A stretch of 63,334 nt of DNA, counting the filler, from Candidatus Lindowbacteria bacterium RIFCSPLOWO2_12_FULL_62_27 (lineage in GTDB: Bacteria; Lindowbacteria; 2-12-FULL-62-27): NCBI GenBank assembly GCA_001784175.1. It is 4 parts of 4 records of this genome, joined end to end, with 100 filler letters (N's around TTAATTAATTAA, not from the genome) between each part and the next. Parts side by side here need not be neighbours in the genome. Positions count along the whole stretch, not along the records: positions 19,144 to 50,255 come from MFPR01000010.1; 3 more parts are not named here. One strand, given 5' to 3'. Below, one piece after another: positions 28,560 to 37,883 of this stretch. The number at the start of each line of letters is the position of its first letter. Position 1 is the stretch's first letter. The position numbers were made by a program, and so were the translations under genes. The notes beneath the pieces were generated by a model that saw nothing but the letters and a program-made list of their open reading frames with translations, made no database searches and had not been told where the DNA came from.

Positions 28560-29945
28560 GTGGAAAATTCTGATCCGAATTCGACACGGCCGGGTCGAGG
28601 CCGCCCGGTCCGGTTCTGGGTGATGACCGTTGCCGTCTCCGCAGGCTTGGCGGCCGCGCTCACGGCGTTTCTGGTGAATATCTTCGAGCGCAAACAGGAG
28701 GCGAAAAATCCGTTTTACCGTGTGGTCGAATTGACGGACGAGACCGTCGATCCTGAAATCTGGGGAAAAAATTTCCCGATGCAATACGACGGCTACAAGA
28801 AAACCGTCGACATGGTCCGGACGCGATTCGGCGGAAGCGAGGCGATGCCCCGCACGCCCCGCCAGGTCGATCCGCGGTCGGTGGTGGCGCAATCGAAGCT
28901 GGAGGAAGATCCGAGACTGAAAAGAATGTGGGCCGGGTACGCGTTCTCCGTGGATTTCCGCGAGGAGCGCGGCCACGCCTACATGCTTCTTGACCAGATA
29001 TTCACCGAACGCCAGAAAGTCAAACAACCCGGCACGTGCCTGCATTGCCACGCCTCCATGTACGTGCCCTATAAAAAGGCCGGGGCCGGCGACCTCATCA
29101 AGGGATTCGAAAAGGTGAACCAGATGCCGTACAGCGACGCCAAGGAACTGGCGGTCCACCCGGTCGCCTGCATCGACTGCCACGATCCCAAAACGATGCA
29201 GCTTCGAGTGACGCGTCCGGGATTCATCGAGGGCATTCGCGCCTTCAAGGTTTCGCAGGGAATCGAGGATTACGACGTGAACACGATGGCCACCCGGCAG
29301 GAAATGCGCACCTTCGTCTGCGGCCAGTGCCATGTCGAATACTACTTCAAAGGCCCCGAGAAACGTCTGGTCTATCCGTGGTCCAAGGGTCTCAAGGTCG
29401 ACGACATCATGGCGTACTACGACGAGATCGAATTCAAGGATTGGATGCACAAGGAGAGCGGCGCCAGGACGCTCAAAGCCCAGCATCCGGAGTTCGAGAT
29501 GTGGAACCAGGGCATTCATGCGCGGTCGGGCGTCGCCTGCGCCGATTGTCACATGCCTTACAAGCGCGAAGGCGCCATGAAAATCAGCGACCATCACGTC
29601 CGCAGCCCGCTCCTCAACATCAACCGGGCCTGCCAGACCTGCCACAAATGGCCTGAGGAAGAACTGAAAGGCCGGGTCGAGCAGATTCAGGAGCGCACGT
29701 TTCGCCTCCGCAACCTCGCCATGGACGCGCTGATGAATTTGATCGACGACATCAAACGCGACTCGGAGGCCGGCAAACCCCCCGCGTCGCTGGCGGCGGC
29801 CCGCGACTATCAGCGCAAGGCCCAGTTCTATCTCGATTTCGTCGAAGCCGAAAATTCAACGGGATTTCACGCGCCGCAGGAGTCCGCTCGGATTCTGGGC
29901 GAGTCGATCAACTACTCGAGGCTGGGGCAAACCGCATTGCGCTGA
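28560..29945 (+). CDS. nrfA: Ammonia-forming cytochrome c nitrite reductase, CxxCH heme-1 variant
   Basis: WAGYAFSVD..EERGH, five CxxCH, CGQCHVEYYF, LKAQHPEFE, ENSTGFHAP. Confidence 0.9.
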   Translation: MENSDPNSTRPGRGRPVRFWVMTVAVSAGLAAALTAFLVNIFERKQEAKNPFYRVVELTDETVDPEIWGKNFPMQYDGYKKTVDMVRTRFGGSEAMPRTPRQVDPRSVVAQSKLEEDPRLKRMWAGYAFSVDFREERGHAYMLLDQIFTERQKVKQPGTCLHCHASMYVPYKKAGAGDLIKGFEKVNQMPYSDAKELAVHPVACIDCHDPKTMQLRVTRPGFIEGIRAFKVSQGIEDYDVNTMATRQEMRTFVCGQCHVEYYFKGPEKRLVYPWSKGLKVDDIMAYYDEIEFKDWMHKESGARTLKAQHPEFEMWNQGIHARSGVACADCHMPYKREGAMKISDHHVRSPLLNINRACQTCHKWPEEELKGRVEQIQERTFRLRNLAMDALMNLIDDIKRDSEAGKPPASLAAARDYQRKAQFYLDFVEAENSTGFHAPQESARILGESINYSRLGQTALR

Positions 29946-30024
29946 CTGGACGCGAGGCATCTTCTCAAGTAACGTGAGGGACCGATCGAAGGAGAAGCGA
30001 AAACATTCAGCGGGAGGAAAACGG

Positions 30025-30501
30025 ATGAAAATTGGATTTTGCATTCTGATGGGCGTCCTGGTGCTGGCTGCGGCGGCGCTTGTGAATCCGCCGCAGGCCT
30101 TGGCGGACGACGATGACGGGCCCGGAAGTCCGCAGATGGAGCGGATGAAATGTTCGATGGGCGGCATGGGATCCGCGGAGGCCGACGACGACGACGATGA
30201 CAACGGAACGGAACGCCGAAAGGGATGGAAGCGCGGCGGCTGGGGCGGGCGCTGTGACTGGAAAGACCGGGACTGCGGATACGGCCAACATCGCCGGTGC
30301 CCGGTTCCGTTTCTGTGCATTCTGTTCACCGTTCTGGCGATCATTCACGTTCTTTTGGCCATCGAAGTCTTCAAGGACGTGCGTGCGTCCGAGCCGAAAA
30401 TGAGCGGCCTCTGGGTGGCCGTGGTCCTGCTGGGCGGTCTGCCCGCCACCGTGGCCTACGCGCTGTTCCGTCTGGTGCAGATCAAATCGGCCGGGAAATA
30501 A
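30025..30501 (+). CDS. Hypothetical membrane protein
   Basis: Signal peptide, acidic tract, two C-terminal TM segments. Confidence 0.6.
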   Translation: MKIGFCILMGVLVLAAAALVNPPQALADDDDGPGSPQMERMKCSMGGMGSAEADDDDDDNGTERRKGWKRGGWGGRCDWKDRDCGYGQHRRCPVPFLCILFTVLAIIHVLLAIEVFKDVRASEPKMSGLWVAVVLLGGLPATVAYALFRLVQIKSAGK

Positions 30502-30502
30502 T

Positions 30503-31540
30503 TCAGTAGGCCGTGGTCCGGTATACCGGCTGAAACAATTCTGTTTTCTTCGCGCAGTAGCGTGAGAGAACACAGCCGGCGCAATCGGGCGTTTCCATTT
30601 CGGGGCACCATTTGCGGCCCGAGAAAAACAGCCAGTCGATCTCCGGCGTGCCGACGCCGGCTTCGGCTTTGATCCTCTCGACGCCTTCATACACCGCGCG
30701 CCGAACCGACCTCTCCTCCTCGGCGGACGCAAATTCCCGCCGGACCAGTTTCTCCCGCAGGTCCGCCGAATCGACCCGGACGACGCCGGTGCGCAGGGAG
30801 AGGCGCATCACATGGTAATCGACGATCGGCGGAATGTCCTCCTTCGGCAAAAAGCGCTCCGGGCGGTTCTGGAGGATCATGATGAGCATGTTGATTTTTT
30901 TCCGCATGGGATCCCCCCCATACCCTCGGATCGTCGCCAGCGCGTCCGAGAGATACCTGGCGGGTGATGGTTCGGCCTTCGCGCGCCGAACCATCCCGGC
31001 CGGCGCCGTTCCCAGGCGTTCCATGTCTTCGCCGTAACCGTTCAGAAGCGCGAGATGCGCCTGCATGTCTGGCAGAGGGCATCCGCCCGCGTCGCACCGC
31101 CACATCGCATCGAGCTGCCCGGCCGTCACGTTTTTCTGGAAGGAGGGGGAGAAGAACTCGGGCGACTCCGCGAGCATTCTCATTCCCATGCGCCAGATGT
31201 AATCGGACCCCTTGAAGGCCTTCCCGCCGACCGCCGCCCACATGGGCCTGAGGTATCGATGTTCAGCGTCGAACCAGAACCCGAACTGATGTTTGCTCAT
31301 GGCGAAGAAGAAATCGACCGCCAGAGGATGCTCCACGGGCGGGAACAAGGCGTTCTTGTCGTCCGAAGCGAACGGGAAGGGCGAAAAATCCGCGTGGTCC
31401 TTGAAAAAGGCTGCGATCCGGCGGACCTGTGATTCGTCCACCGAGATCGCGGGCGTGGCGGTGCGCTCGTCGGTCGAATTCATTTGCGTTCTTGTAACAG
31501 CATTGCTGTTTTCCCGCAATCCGCGTATGATGTCCGGCAT
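30503..31540 (-). CDS. Queuosine-salvage/HhH-GPD-like protein with a C-terminal Fe-S motif
   Basis: FGFW, KKINML, PIVDYHVMRLSLRTG, EEERSVR, EIDWLFF; C-x7-C-x2-C-x5-C; start uncertain. Confidence 0.55.
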   Translation of the reverse strand: MPDIIRGLRENSNAVTRTQMNSTDERTATPAISVDESQVRRIAAFFKDHADFSPFPFASDDKNALFPPVEHPLAVDFFFAMSKHQFGFWFDAEHRYLRPMWAAVGGKAFKGSDYIWRMGMRMLAESPEFFSPSFQKNVTAGQLDAMWRCDAGGCPLPDMQAHLALLNGYGEDMERLGTAPAGMVRRAKAEPSPARYLSDALATIRGYGGDPMRKKINMLIMILQNRPERFLPKEDIPPIVDYHVMRLSLRTGVVRVDSADLREKLVRREFASAEEERSVRRAVYEGVERIKAEAGVGTPEIDWLFFSGRKWCPEMETPDCAGCVLSRYCAKKTELFQPVYRTTAY

Positions 31541-31552
31541 TTGGAGTTCGCG

Positions 31553-32188
31553 ATGGAATGGATCTTGAAATTAAAATTCTATCTGTTCACGCCGGAAGGC
31601 CTTCAGCAGATGATCCTCGCGTGGGGCTATCTCGTGCTGATCGGGATCGTCTTTGCGGAAACGGGCCTGCTGGTGGGTTTTTTCCTGCCGGGGGATTCCC
31701 TGCTGTTTGTGTCCGGGTTTCTTGCGGGCCTCGGCCATCTGAACCTTCTGTGGCTGAACGTCACGCTGAGCCTGGCCGCCATCGTGGGCGACACGGTGGG
31801 GTACTGGATCGGCGCACGCGCGGGCGTTGCGATCTACGGGCGGGAGGACACGCGGTTTTTCAAGAAGAGGCACCTCCTGCGCACGAAGGAATTCTACGAG
31901 CGGCACGGAGGCAAGACGATCGTCCTTGCGCGATTCGTGCCGATCGTCCGGACGTTCGCGCCGGTGGTGGCGGGCGTGGCGCAGATGAAGTATCGGCGGT
32001 TTCTTTCCTTCAACATTTTCGGCGGGATCGGCTGGGTGCTGGTGATGACCTCGCTGGGTTACCATCTCGGCAGCATTCCGTGGGTCCAGAGGAATCTGGA
32101 GAAGGCCGTGCTCATGGTCATCGTTCTCAGCGTTCTGCCGATCGTGATCGAATACTGGAAATCGCGCCGCCGGCCCGCCGGCCCCTGA
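31553..32188 (+). CDS. dedA: DedA family membrane protein
   Basis: FAETGLLVGFFLPGDSLL; ARFVPIVRTFAP. Confidence 0.92.
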   Translation: MEWILKLKFYLFTPEGLQQMILAWGYLVLIGIVFAETGLLVGFFLPGDSLLFVSGFLAGLGHLNLLWLNVTLSLAAIVGDTVGYWIGARAGVAIYGREDTRFFKKRHLLRTKEFYERHGGKTIVLARFVPIVRTFAPVVAGVAQMKYRRFLSFNIFGGIGWVLVMTSLGYHLGSIPWVQRNLEKAVLMVIVLSVLPIVIEYWKSRRRPAGP

Positions 32189-32189
32189 T

Positions 32190-32876
32190 GTGAACGCCGA
32201 TCCCCTTCGGAAAAAATACGCGCGGATCGCGGGCTGGTATGATCTCCTGGATTTCCCGTGGGAAATGCTGCGATACCGGAAAGTCCGGCCGGAGGTCTGG
32301 CGGCGTACGTCCGGCGCACGATTGATTCTGGATGCGGGCGCCGGGACGGGCCGGAACATTCCATATTATCCTCCCTCGGCGCACGTGACCGGGGTGGATC
32401 TTTCGGAAGCGATGCTGGTCCGCGCGCGGCGCCGCGCCGCCACGTCTTCGGCCGTGCGGCTCTCCTGCGGAACCGTCTTGGCGCTTCCGTTCAAATCGCG
32501 GACCTTCGACGCGGTGGTGTCGACGTTTTTGTTCTGCGTTCTCCCTGACGATCTTCAGCCGCCGGCCTTGAAGGAACTGTCGCGGGTTCTGAAACCGGGC
32601 GGCCGCGCCATTCTGCTCGAATATCAGTACTCGCGCCATCCGTGGCGCCGCGCGGTGATGAAGGCCATGTCGCCGTGGGTGGCGTGGGCCTACGGCGCGC
32701 GTTTTGATCGCCGGACCCCCGAGCATCTTGCGTCGGGCGGCTGGCGAATCCTGGAGGACCGGTTCGTGTCGGGCGACACGGTGAAAGTGATCGTCGCGGA
32801 ACCGGGGCCACTTGGAGATGGACGCAGAATTCAACCGGGTGTATCATCCGGGATCGAGCATGAGGGAGGAAGGTGA
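32190..32876 (+). CDS. Class I SAM-dependent methyltransferase
   Basis: ILDAGAGTG, GVDLSEAML, RVLKPGG. Confidence 0.88.
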   Translation: MNADPLRKKYARIAGWYDLLDFPWEMLRYRKVRPEVWRRTSGARLILDAGAGTGRNIPYYPPSAHVTGVDLSEAMLVRARRRAATSSAVRLSCGTVLALPFKSRTFDAVVSTFLFCVLPDDLQPPALKELSRVLKPGGRAILLEYQYSRHPWRRAVMKAMSPWVAWAYGARFDRRTPEHLASGGWRILEDRFVSGDTVKVIVAEPGPLGDGRRIQPGVSSGIEHEGGR

Positions 32877-33495
32877 TCGGCGCGTGGTGAGGGCCCGGCA
32901 TTTGTTTCAACTGAACCTCGACCTGGGCGGCCGGCCGTGTCTGGTGGTCGGCGGCGACGGCGAGGCGCTGGAAAAGACGGAGCGGCTGATCGAATGCGAA
33001 GCCGACGTGACGCTGGTAAGCCCGATAGTTCTTCCGCGGCTGGAGGAACTGGCGCGCGCCGGGAGACTCCGCTGGGAGGCCCGGCGGTATCGGCCGGGGG
33101 ACGAGGCCGGCCGGTATTTTGTGCTCAACTGCGTCAAGACGGACCCGGCGCTGTCGGCGGAACTGTTTCAGCGCTGTTCCGCCGCCGGCATTCTGATTTC
33201 ATCCTACGACCAGCCGGAGGCCAGTTTGGCGACGATGGCCGCGCTGGTCCGCGCGGGATCGATGCGCCTGGCGATTTCGAGCGACGGAGAAAGCCCGGCG
33301 GTCGCGCGGAAACTGCGGATCGAGCTGGAGAAACTGCTGGACGACCGCTTCGCGCGCTTTGTCGAATGGGTCGCGGCCTACCGCAAGAAAATGACGGACG
33401 AGGGCGTTCCGCCGGAGGAGCGCAAGCGAAGGCTGCGGGACTTGATGGCCGGCTTCGAAATTTCCGGCACGATCAAATATCCGGAGTCGTTCTAG
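32812..33495 (+). CDS. Precorrin-2 dehydrogenase/ferrochelatase (SirC/CysG N-terminal type)
   Basis: CLVVGGDGEALEK; LAISSDGESPAVARKLR; start uncertain. Confidence 0.85.
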   Translation: MEMDAEFNRVYHPGSSMREEGDRRVVRARHLFQLNLDLGGRPCLVVGGDGEALEKTERLIECEADVTLVSPIVLPRLEELARAGRLRWEARRYRPGDEAGRYFVLNCVKTDPALSAELFQRCSAAGILISSYDQPEASLATMAALVRAGSMRLAISSDGESPAVARKLRIELEKLLDDRFARFVEWVAAYRKKMTDEGVPPEERKRRLRDLMAGFEISGTIKYPESF

Positions 33496-34097
33496 TACTC
33501 AATCCCCTTCTGCGCGATGATGCCCTCGAGTTTGTAGGGGTGCTTGATCTCCTTCATTTCAGTCACGAGGTTGGCGAGTTCCACGATTTCCGGTTTGGCG
33601 TTGCGGCCGGTGAGGACGATGTGCACCTTGGGCGGCCGCTGTTTCAAGAAGTCGACGACCGACGCCAGCGGCAGGAACCCATAGTCGATCACGTAATTGA
33701 TTTCGTCCCAGATGACGGTCCGGTAGCGGCCGGACGACACGCATTCCTTGCATTTTTCCCACGTTTCAAGGGTCGTCCGGACATCGAGGTCCCGGTTGTT
33801 GGTGTTCCAGGTGAACCCGGCGCCCATGGTGAAAAAATCGAGTCCCTCGATTTTTTCGGCGATGATCCGCTCTCCATATTTAAAGTCCTTCGGGCTTTTC
33901 ATGAACTGTACCACGGCCGCCTTCCATCCGTGGGCGACCGTGCGAAAGGCCATGAGGACCGCAGCCGAGGTTTTGCCTTTGCCGTCGCCGGTAAAGACCA
34001 TGACCAGCGACTTGTCCTTTTTCTTCGCGCTGATCTTCATCTTCCGCCGGATCGTCTCCCTTGTCTGATCGTCCTGCTCTTTCGTCCGCATGACCAC
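33492..34097 (-). CDS. cobO: Cob(I)yrinic acid a,c-diamide adenosyltransferase
   Basis: TGDGKGKTSAA, VQFMK, GAGFTW, DEINY, LTGRNA, KHPY..GI.AQKGIEY. Confidence 0.93.
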   Translation of the reverse strand: MVMRTKEQDDQTRETIRRKMKISAKKKDKSLVMVFTGDGKGKTSAAVLMAFRTVAHGWKAAVVQFMKSPKDFKYGERIIAEKIEGLDFFTMGAGFTWNTNNRDLDVRTTLETWEKCKECVSSGRYRTVIWDEINYVIDYGFLPLASVVDFLKQRPPKVHIVLTGRNAKPEIVELANLVTEMKEIKHPYKLEGIIAQKGIEY

Positions 34098-34172
34098 ACC
34101 CTACCAGCAAGCCGCCCCGCAGGGAAGATTGAAAATTGACTCCCGCCGGGGCGGTCGGTACAATGGGTAAAC

Positions 34173-35654
34173 ATGAACCTGTATCTGCGGGACCGGCTGG
34201 AAGGCTGGTTGGGGCGGCCGACCCGCGCGGCTGGATTTTCCATTTCTGACGAGCGCGCGGTCGGCGTGATGGTGCGGCGGCCGGCGGGCGGCAAACTGGT
34301 TGCGCACATGCTGGAGCGTCCGGAGGAGCACCGGGGCTGGGCGGCGGTGATGGAGCCGGTGCGATTTTTCGCGCGCCGGACGGTGATCCCGAAGGAATTC
34401 TCCGGCCGGGAATCGGAGTATGTCCGGTACAATTATCCCGATCTGATCCCTCTGCAGGAAGCGCATTCGATCCTGTTGCGCTTTGAGCGTGCGGGCGATT
34501 CCGGCGAGACCCTCCTGCACGGCATTCGCGAAAACCGTCTTGAGGAGTTCCTGGCCGATCGCCGGAGAGACAGCCGGATGCCGCGGCTCACCGGCGTGGT
34601 TCCGCCGGCGTCCGCGTTTGCCGCCGCGATCCGGGCCGCGCGGCCCAGCCTTTCGGGAAAACTCATCGCCGTCCTGGTGGGTGGCCGGACCACGCGGTAC
34701 TTGGGCCTGAAGGACGGCCGCGTGGTCAGCGTGTTCGACGATGTGCACCGGCCGGACTTGAGGAATGCGCATCTGAAATTCAAAAAGACAATCCAGCGTG
34801 TGATGTGGTACATGGAGAGCGAGGGTCTCGGAGGTCTGCCGGACCGCCTGCTGGTCATGGGCGACCCCACCGTCCGGTCCTGGCTGGAGGATGTTTCAAA
34901 ACAATTCGAAGGCGTACGGATGGAATACGCGGACCTTCCGGCGGAGCTGGGCCTGAGGTTGCCGTCGGGCATTGCGCCCGAACCGGCGATTCTCGCGCTG
35001 GGCGCGGCGATCTGCTCGATGGACGACGCCAAATCCGAACTGAATTTCATCGGCGTTCCGAAGGCCGTTGCGGCCCGAAGGTTCGACGCGTACGACCTTG
35101 TGATCTACGGGTCGGTCGCGGCGATGCTGGCGCTTTCCTTCGTGACGCTCAACGCCGTCACCGCCACGCGGGTCCGCGCGCTCAAAGAGGAGCTTCAGGC
35201 GAACACGCGGCGCATCCAGTCTCTGCGGGAAGAGGTCGACGCCAAACGAGGGCTGGCGCCGGTGTCGGAGAAACTGGTGTCCTACAGCGAACGGCGGTTT
35301 TCCAACACGGACCTGGCCGGCCGGCAGGTGATGGACGCGTTGCCGGATTTTCTGACGGTGATTGCGGAATCGGTCCCGGACGGCGTCCGGCTGGACAGGG
35401 TGGGCAGCGGCGCCGCCGAGCCGGGGGAGGAACCCAACCGGTCGTACCGCAGCATCCTGCCGAAATCCGCGGGTCTTGATCAGGTGGCGCTGATCGGCGA
35501 GACGCGGTTCCCTGAAAAGGCAATGCGCTGGGTGGAGATTCTGTCGCGCCGGCTGGGCCAGCCGGTGACGATGGAAGAGATGAAATCGGACGGCGCCGCC
35601 GGATACCGCTTCCGGATCGTGGTCGGATCGAAGGGGGAGGCGCGCCGTGCGTAA
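34173..35654 (+). CDS. PilM/PilN (GspL)-like fused assembly protein
   Basis: Cytoplasmic domain ending ALGAA..ELNF, one TM segment, coiled coil, ESVPDGVRLD. Confidence 0.55.
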   Translation: MNLYLRDRLEGWLGRPTRAAGFSISDERAVGVMVRRPAGGKLVAHMLERPEEHRGWAAVMEPVRFFARRTVIPKEFSGRESEYVRYNYPDLIPLQEAHSILLRFERAGDSGETLLHGIRENRLEEFLADRRRDSRMPRLTGVVPPASAFAAAIRAARPSLSGKLIAVLVGGRTTRYLGLKDGRVVSVFDDVHRPDLRNAHLKFKKTIQRVMWYMESEGLGGLPDRLLVMGDPTVRSWLEDVSKQFEGVRMEYADLPAELGLRLPSGIAPEPAILALGAAICSMDDAKSELNFIGVPKAVAARRFDAYDLVIYGSVAAMLALSFVTLNAVTATRVRALKEELQANTRRIQSLREEVDAKRGLAPVSEKLVSYSERRFSNTDLAGRQVMDALPDFLTVIAESVPDGVRLDRVGSGAAEPGEEPNRSYRSILPKSAGLDQVALIGETRFPEKAMRWVEILSRRLGQPVTMEEMKSDGAAGYRFRIVVGSKGEARRA

Positions 35655-36141
35655 AGTGGCGAATGTGTGCGTGCCTATCGTGCTGTTGACCGTTATTCTG
35701 GGCGCGATCTATTTCCGGCACTGGGTCCAGACGGCGCGGGACATCGTGCGGATTCAGGAGACGCAGGAGACGGACCTGACGCTTCTGGAGCGCGCCAAGG
35801 AGCGGCTCCAGGACCTCTCGACGCTGCAGATCGCGCTTCGCGTCAAGCTCTTCGGGCCGGCCGCGGCCGATGACGCGGCGCGGTCGCCGGAACCTCCCGC
35901 GCTCTCGCCCCGGGCGCTGCCGGCGGCGGTGGTGAGCGCGCTGGACCGGCATTCGGTGCGTCTGGTGTTTTACCGGCAGTCGGGCCGGCAGGCGCAGGTT
36001 CAGTTTGAGGGAGCGTTTGACGGTGTCATCAAATTTCTGGCCGCGACGAGCGCCGACATGCCCCGGGCCGAGGGATTTCTGATGGAGCGCGGCGAAAAAA
36101 ATACGGTGAAACTGACGCTGTCGTTTCCGGTGGCGGCCTGA
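35647..36141 (+). CDS. PilO/GspM-like protein
   Basis: N-terminal TM, coiled coil, FEGAFDGVIKFL; operon position. Confidence 0.45.
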   Translation: MRKVANVCVPIVLLTVILGAIYFRHWVQTARDIVRIQETQETDLTLLERAKERLQDLSTLQIALRVKLFGPAAADDAARSPEPPALSPRALPAAVVSALDRHSVRLVFYRQSGRQAQVQFEGAFDGVIKFLAATSADMPRAEGFLMERGEKNTVKLTLSFPVAA

Positions 36142-36413
36142 TGAAGAAACTCGCCGCCCTGATTCTGTTGCTCGTGTCCATCGGCTGGGCGGCCTACGTG
36201 TTCGGCTTTTCGAGGACCGCCGACGCCCGTATCGAGCCTGAGGTGCTTTACCGTCCCGACCGGCAGCTTCCGGAATTTGTCCGGCACCTGGACACGCTCC
36301 AGACTCGCATGCAGCAGCAAATGGAACTTCTGGAACACGCCGAAAAAATGCGTCAGGACCCGTCTTCCGCAGGTTTCCCCGCCAAGCCGCTCCGCGATCC
36401 ATTTTCGTCCTGA
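36141..36413 (+). CDS. PilP-like small protein
   Basis: N-terminal hydrophobic segment; ends LRDPF. Confidence 0.4.
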   Translation: MKKLAALILLLVSIGWAAYVFGFSRTADARIEPEVLYRPDRQLPEFVRHLDTLQTRMQQQMELLEHAEKMRQDPSSAGFPAKPLRDPFSS

Positions 36414-36458
36414 TTCCGGGCCGGCGTCGGAGACGCGGGCGCAGCCCGCAGTTCATAC

Positions 36459-37055
36459 ATGCCTCGAAAAATTGCCTGCGCATCGTTATCAGGACATTGC
36501 TCCCGAATGTACCGCCGCCTCCGCGAGAAAGGTTGGGACATCATCGTCTATTTCAGCGGCCACGGCCTCACCGACCCCGAGGATAAATCGAATTACCTTC
36601 TGCCCGTCGACGCCAACCCCGACAACGTCTCCGCCACCGCCTACCGCCTCGACGCCCTCTACCGCAACCTCCGCCGGCTCACCGACGGCAAAATCACCGT
36701 TATCCTCGAGGCCTGTTTCAGCGGCCGGACGCCGAAAGGCCAGATCGGCGGCAAGACCAGCGGCGTTGTCATCGTCGAGCCCGGCAAAAACGCGCCGCCC
36801 GGCATCGACATCCTCGCCGCCGCGCACTCCGACCAGGTCGCCAACTGGTACGAGGAACAGCAGCACGGGCTGTTCACGTATTACCTGATGCGCGCCCTCC
36901 GGGGCGACGCCGACGCCAACGGCGACGGCAAGGTCGTGGGCGCGGAACTGCAAGACTACGTCACGCGCGAGGTCTCGCGCCTGTCCGACCGCGTGGGCGT
37001 GGCGTATCAGGAGCCGGAGATTATGGTCGCGCCGGATTGGGTGTGGACGGAGTGA
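36459..37055 (+). pseudogene. Caspase-like (peptidase C14) domain, probably 5' truncated
   Basis: VYFSGHG, YLLPVD, ILEACFSG, HGLFTYYL; the N-terminal caspase strand is not recognisable. Confidence 0.65.
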
Positions 37056-37131
37056 AAAGTAAAGCTACGGGAAAAGCACGCCAAGGCCCCATTCCGTCCC
37101 CGACGAATGAAATACCGAATTCCGCCCGGCG

Positions 37132-37159
37132 GACTGGGAAGTCGCGCGTCTTCCCAGTC
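37132..37159. terminator. Hairpin between convergent genes
   Basis: GACTGGGAAG-N8-CTTCCCAGTC. Confidence 0.45.
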
Positions 37160-37223
37160 TTCCTGGTAGATTTCCTAGGATATGAACCTGCCGGACCTGA
37201 TAAAATGGAATTGAAATGAGCGG

Positions 37224-37628
37224 TCAGATTCGCGTGAATACCATCTTTTTCCTTCGGGCGTCGAAGAAAATGTTGAAGCGATCGAAAAAATCTGCCCGGC
37301 CGAGCAAAAACGGCGCGTCGTCACGTTCGGCGAAGAAGCATCGGACGGTCACGCCGGAGGACTTGCCGATTCGTAATTCCAGGGGAGCCAATTTCCCGGC
37401 AATGCGCCCGCCTTCGATACCGGTCACCGTCAGCGAAGTGAATTCCTCCAAATCCAATCCGGCAAATTTACCGATTCTTTGCGGTACCATGGTAAATTCA
37501 GCGCCGCTGTCCAGGATAAACTTGAACGTTCTGCGGTATTGGCCGCCCGTCAGGACGACGGACACAACAGGTCTGTATACCGTTCCGAATTTTGTTCGAA
37601 ATCGGGTAAGCGGGAATTCAATAGACAC
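37224..37628 (-). CDS. Retropepsin-like aspartyl protease
   Basis: YRPVV, FILDSGAEFT, PFLLGRADFFDRF; GTG start overlapping the upstream gene. Confidence 0.85.
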   Translation of the reverse strand: MSIEFPLTRFRTKFGTVYRPVVSVVLTGGQYRRTFKFILDSGAEFTMVPQRIGKFAGLDLEEFTSLTVTGIEGGRIAGKLAPLELRIGKSSGVTVRCFFAERDDAPFLLGRADFFDRFNIFFDARRKKMVFTRI

Positions 37629-37812
37629 AGATAACGTCCGGCCGGGACACGTGCATGATCTCAATGTCCTCGCCGGTGAGCTTCAATCGGGCGAGTTTTC
37701 GTTCAAGCGCACCGTAAGTTCTGCCCGATGCCAGAACCCTTTGGCCCTTCATCGCGACAAATTTTCCACCGTACCGCTCCTGAAATTTCAACGAAATCGT
37801 CAGGCGTTTCAT
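37618..37812 (-). CDS. DUF5678-like small protein
   Basis: ERYGGKFVAM.GQRVLASG; commonly paired with aspartyl proteases. Confidence 0.75.
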   Translation of the reverse strand: MKRLTISLKFQERYGGKFVAMKGQRVLASGRTYGALERKLARLKLTGEDIEIMHVSRPDVICVY

Positions 37813-37883
37813 AGATGAAGTATATCCAGCGATCGACCATCCGTCAATCGATGGTCCGATTTGGTGCCAGGTTGCCTCTTTTA

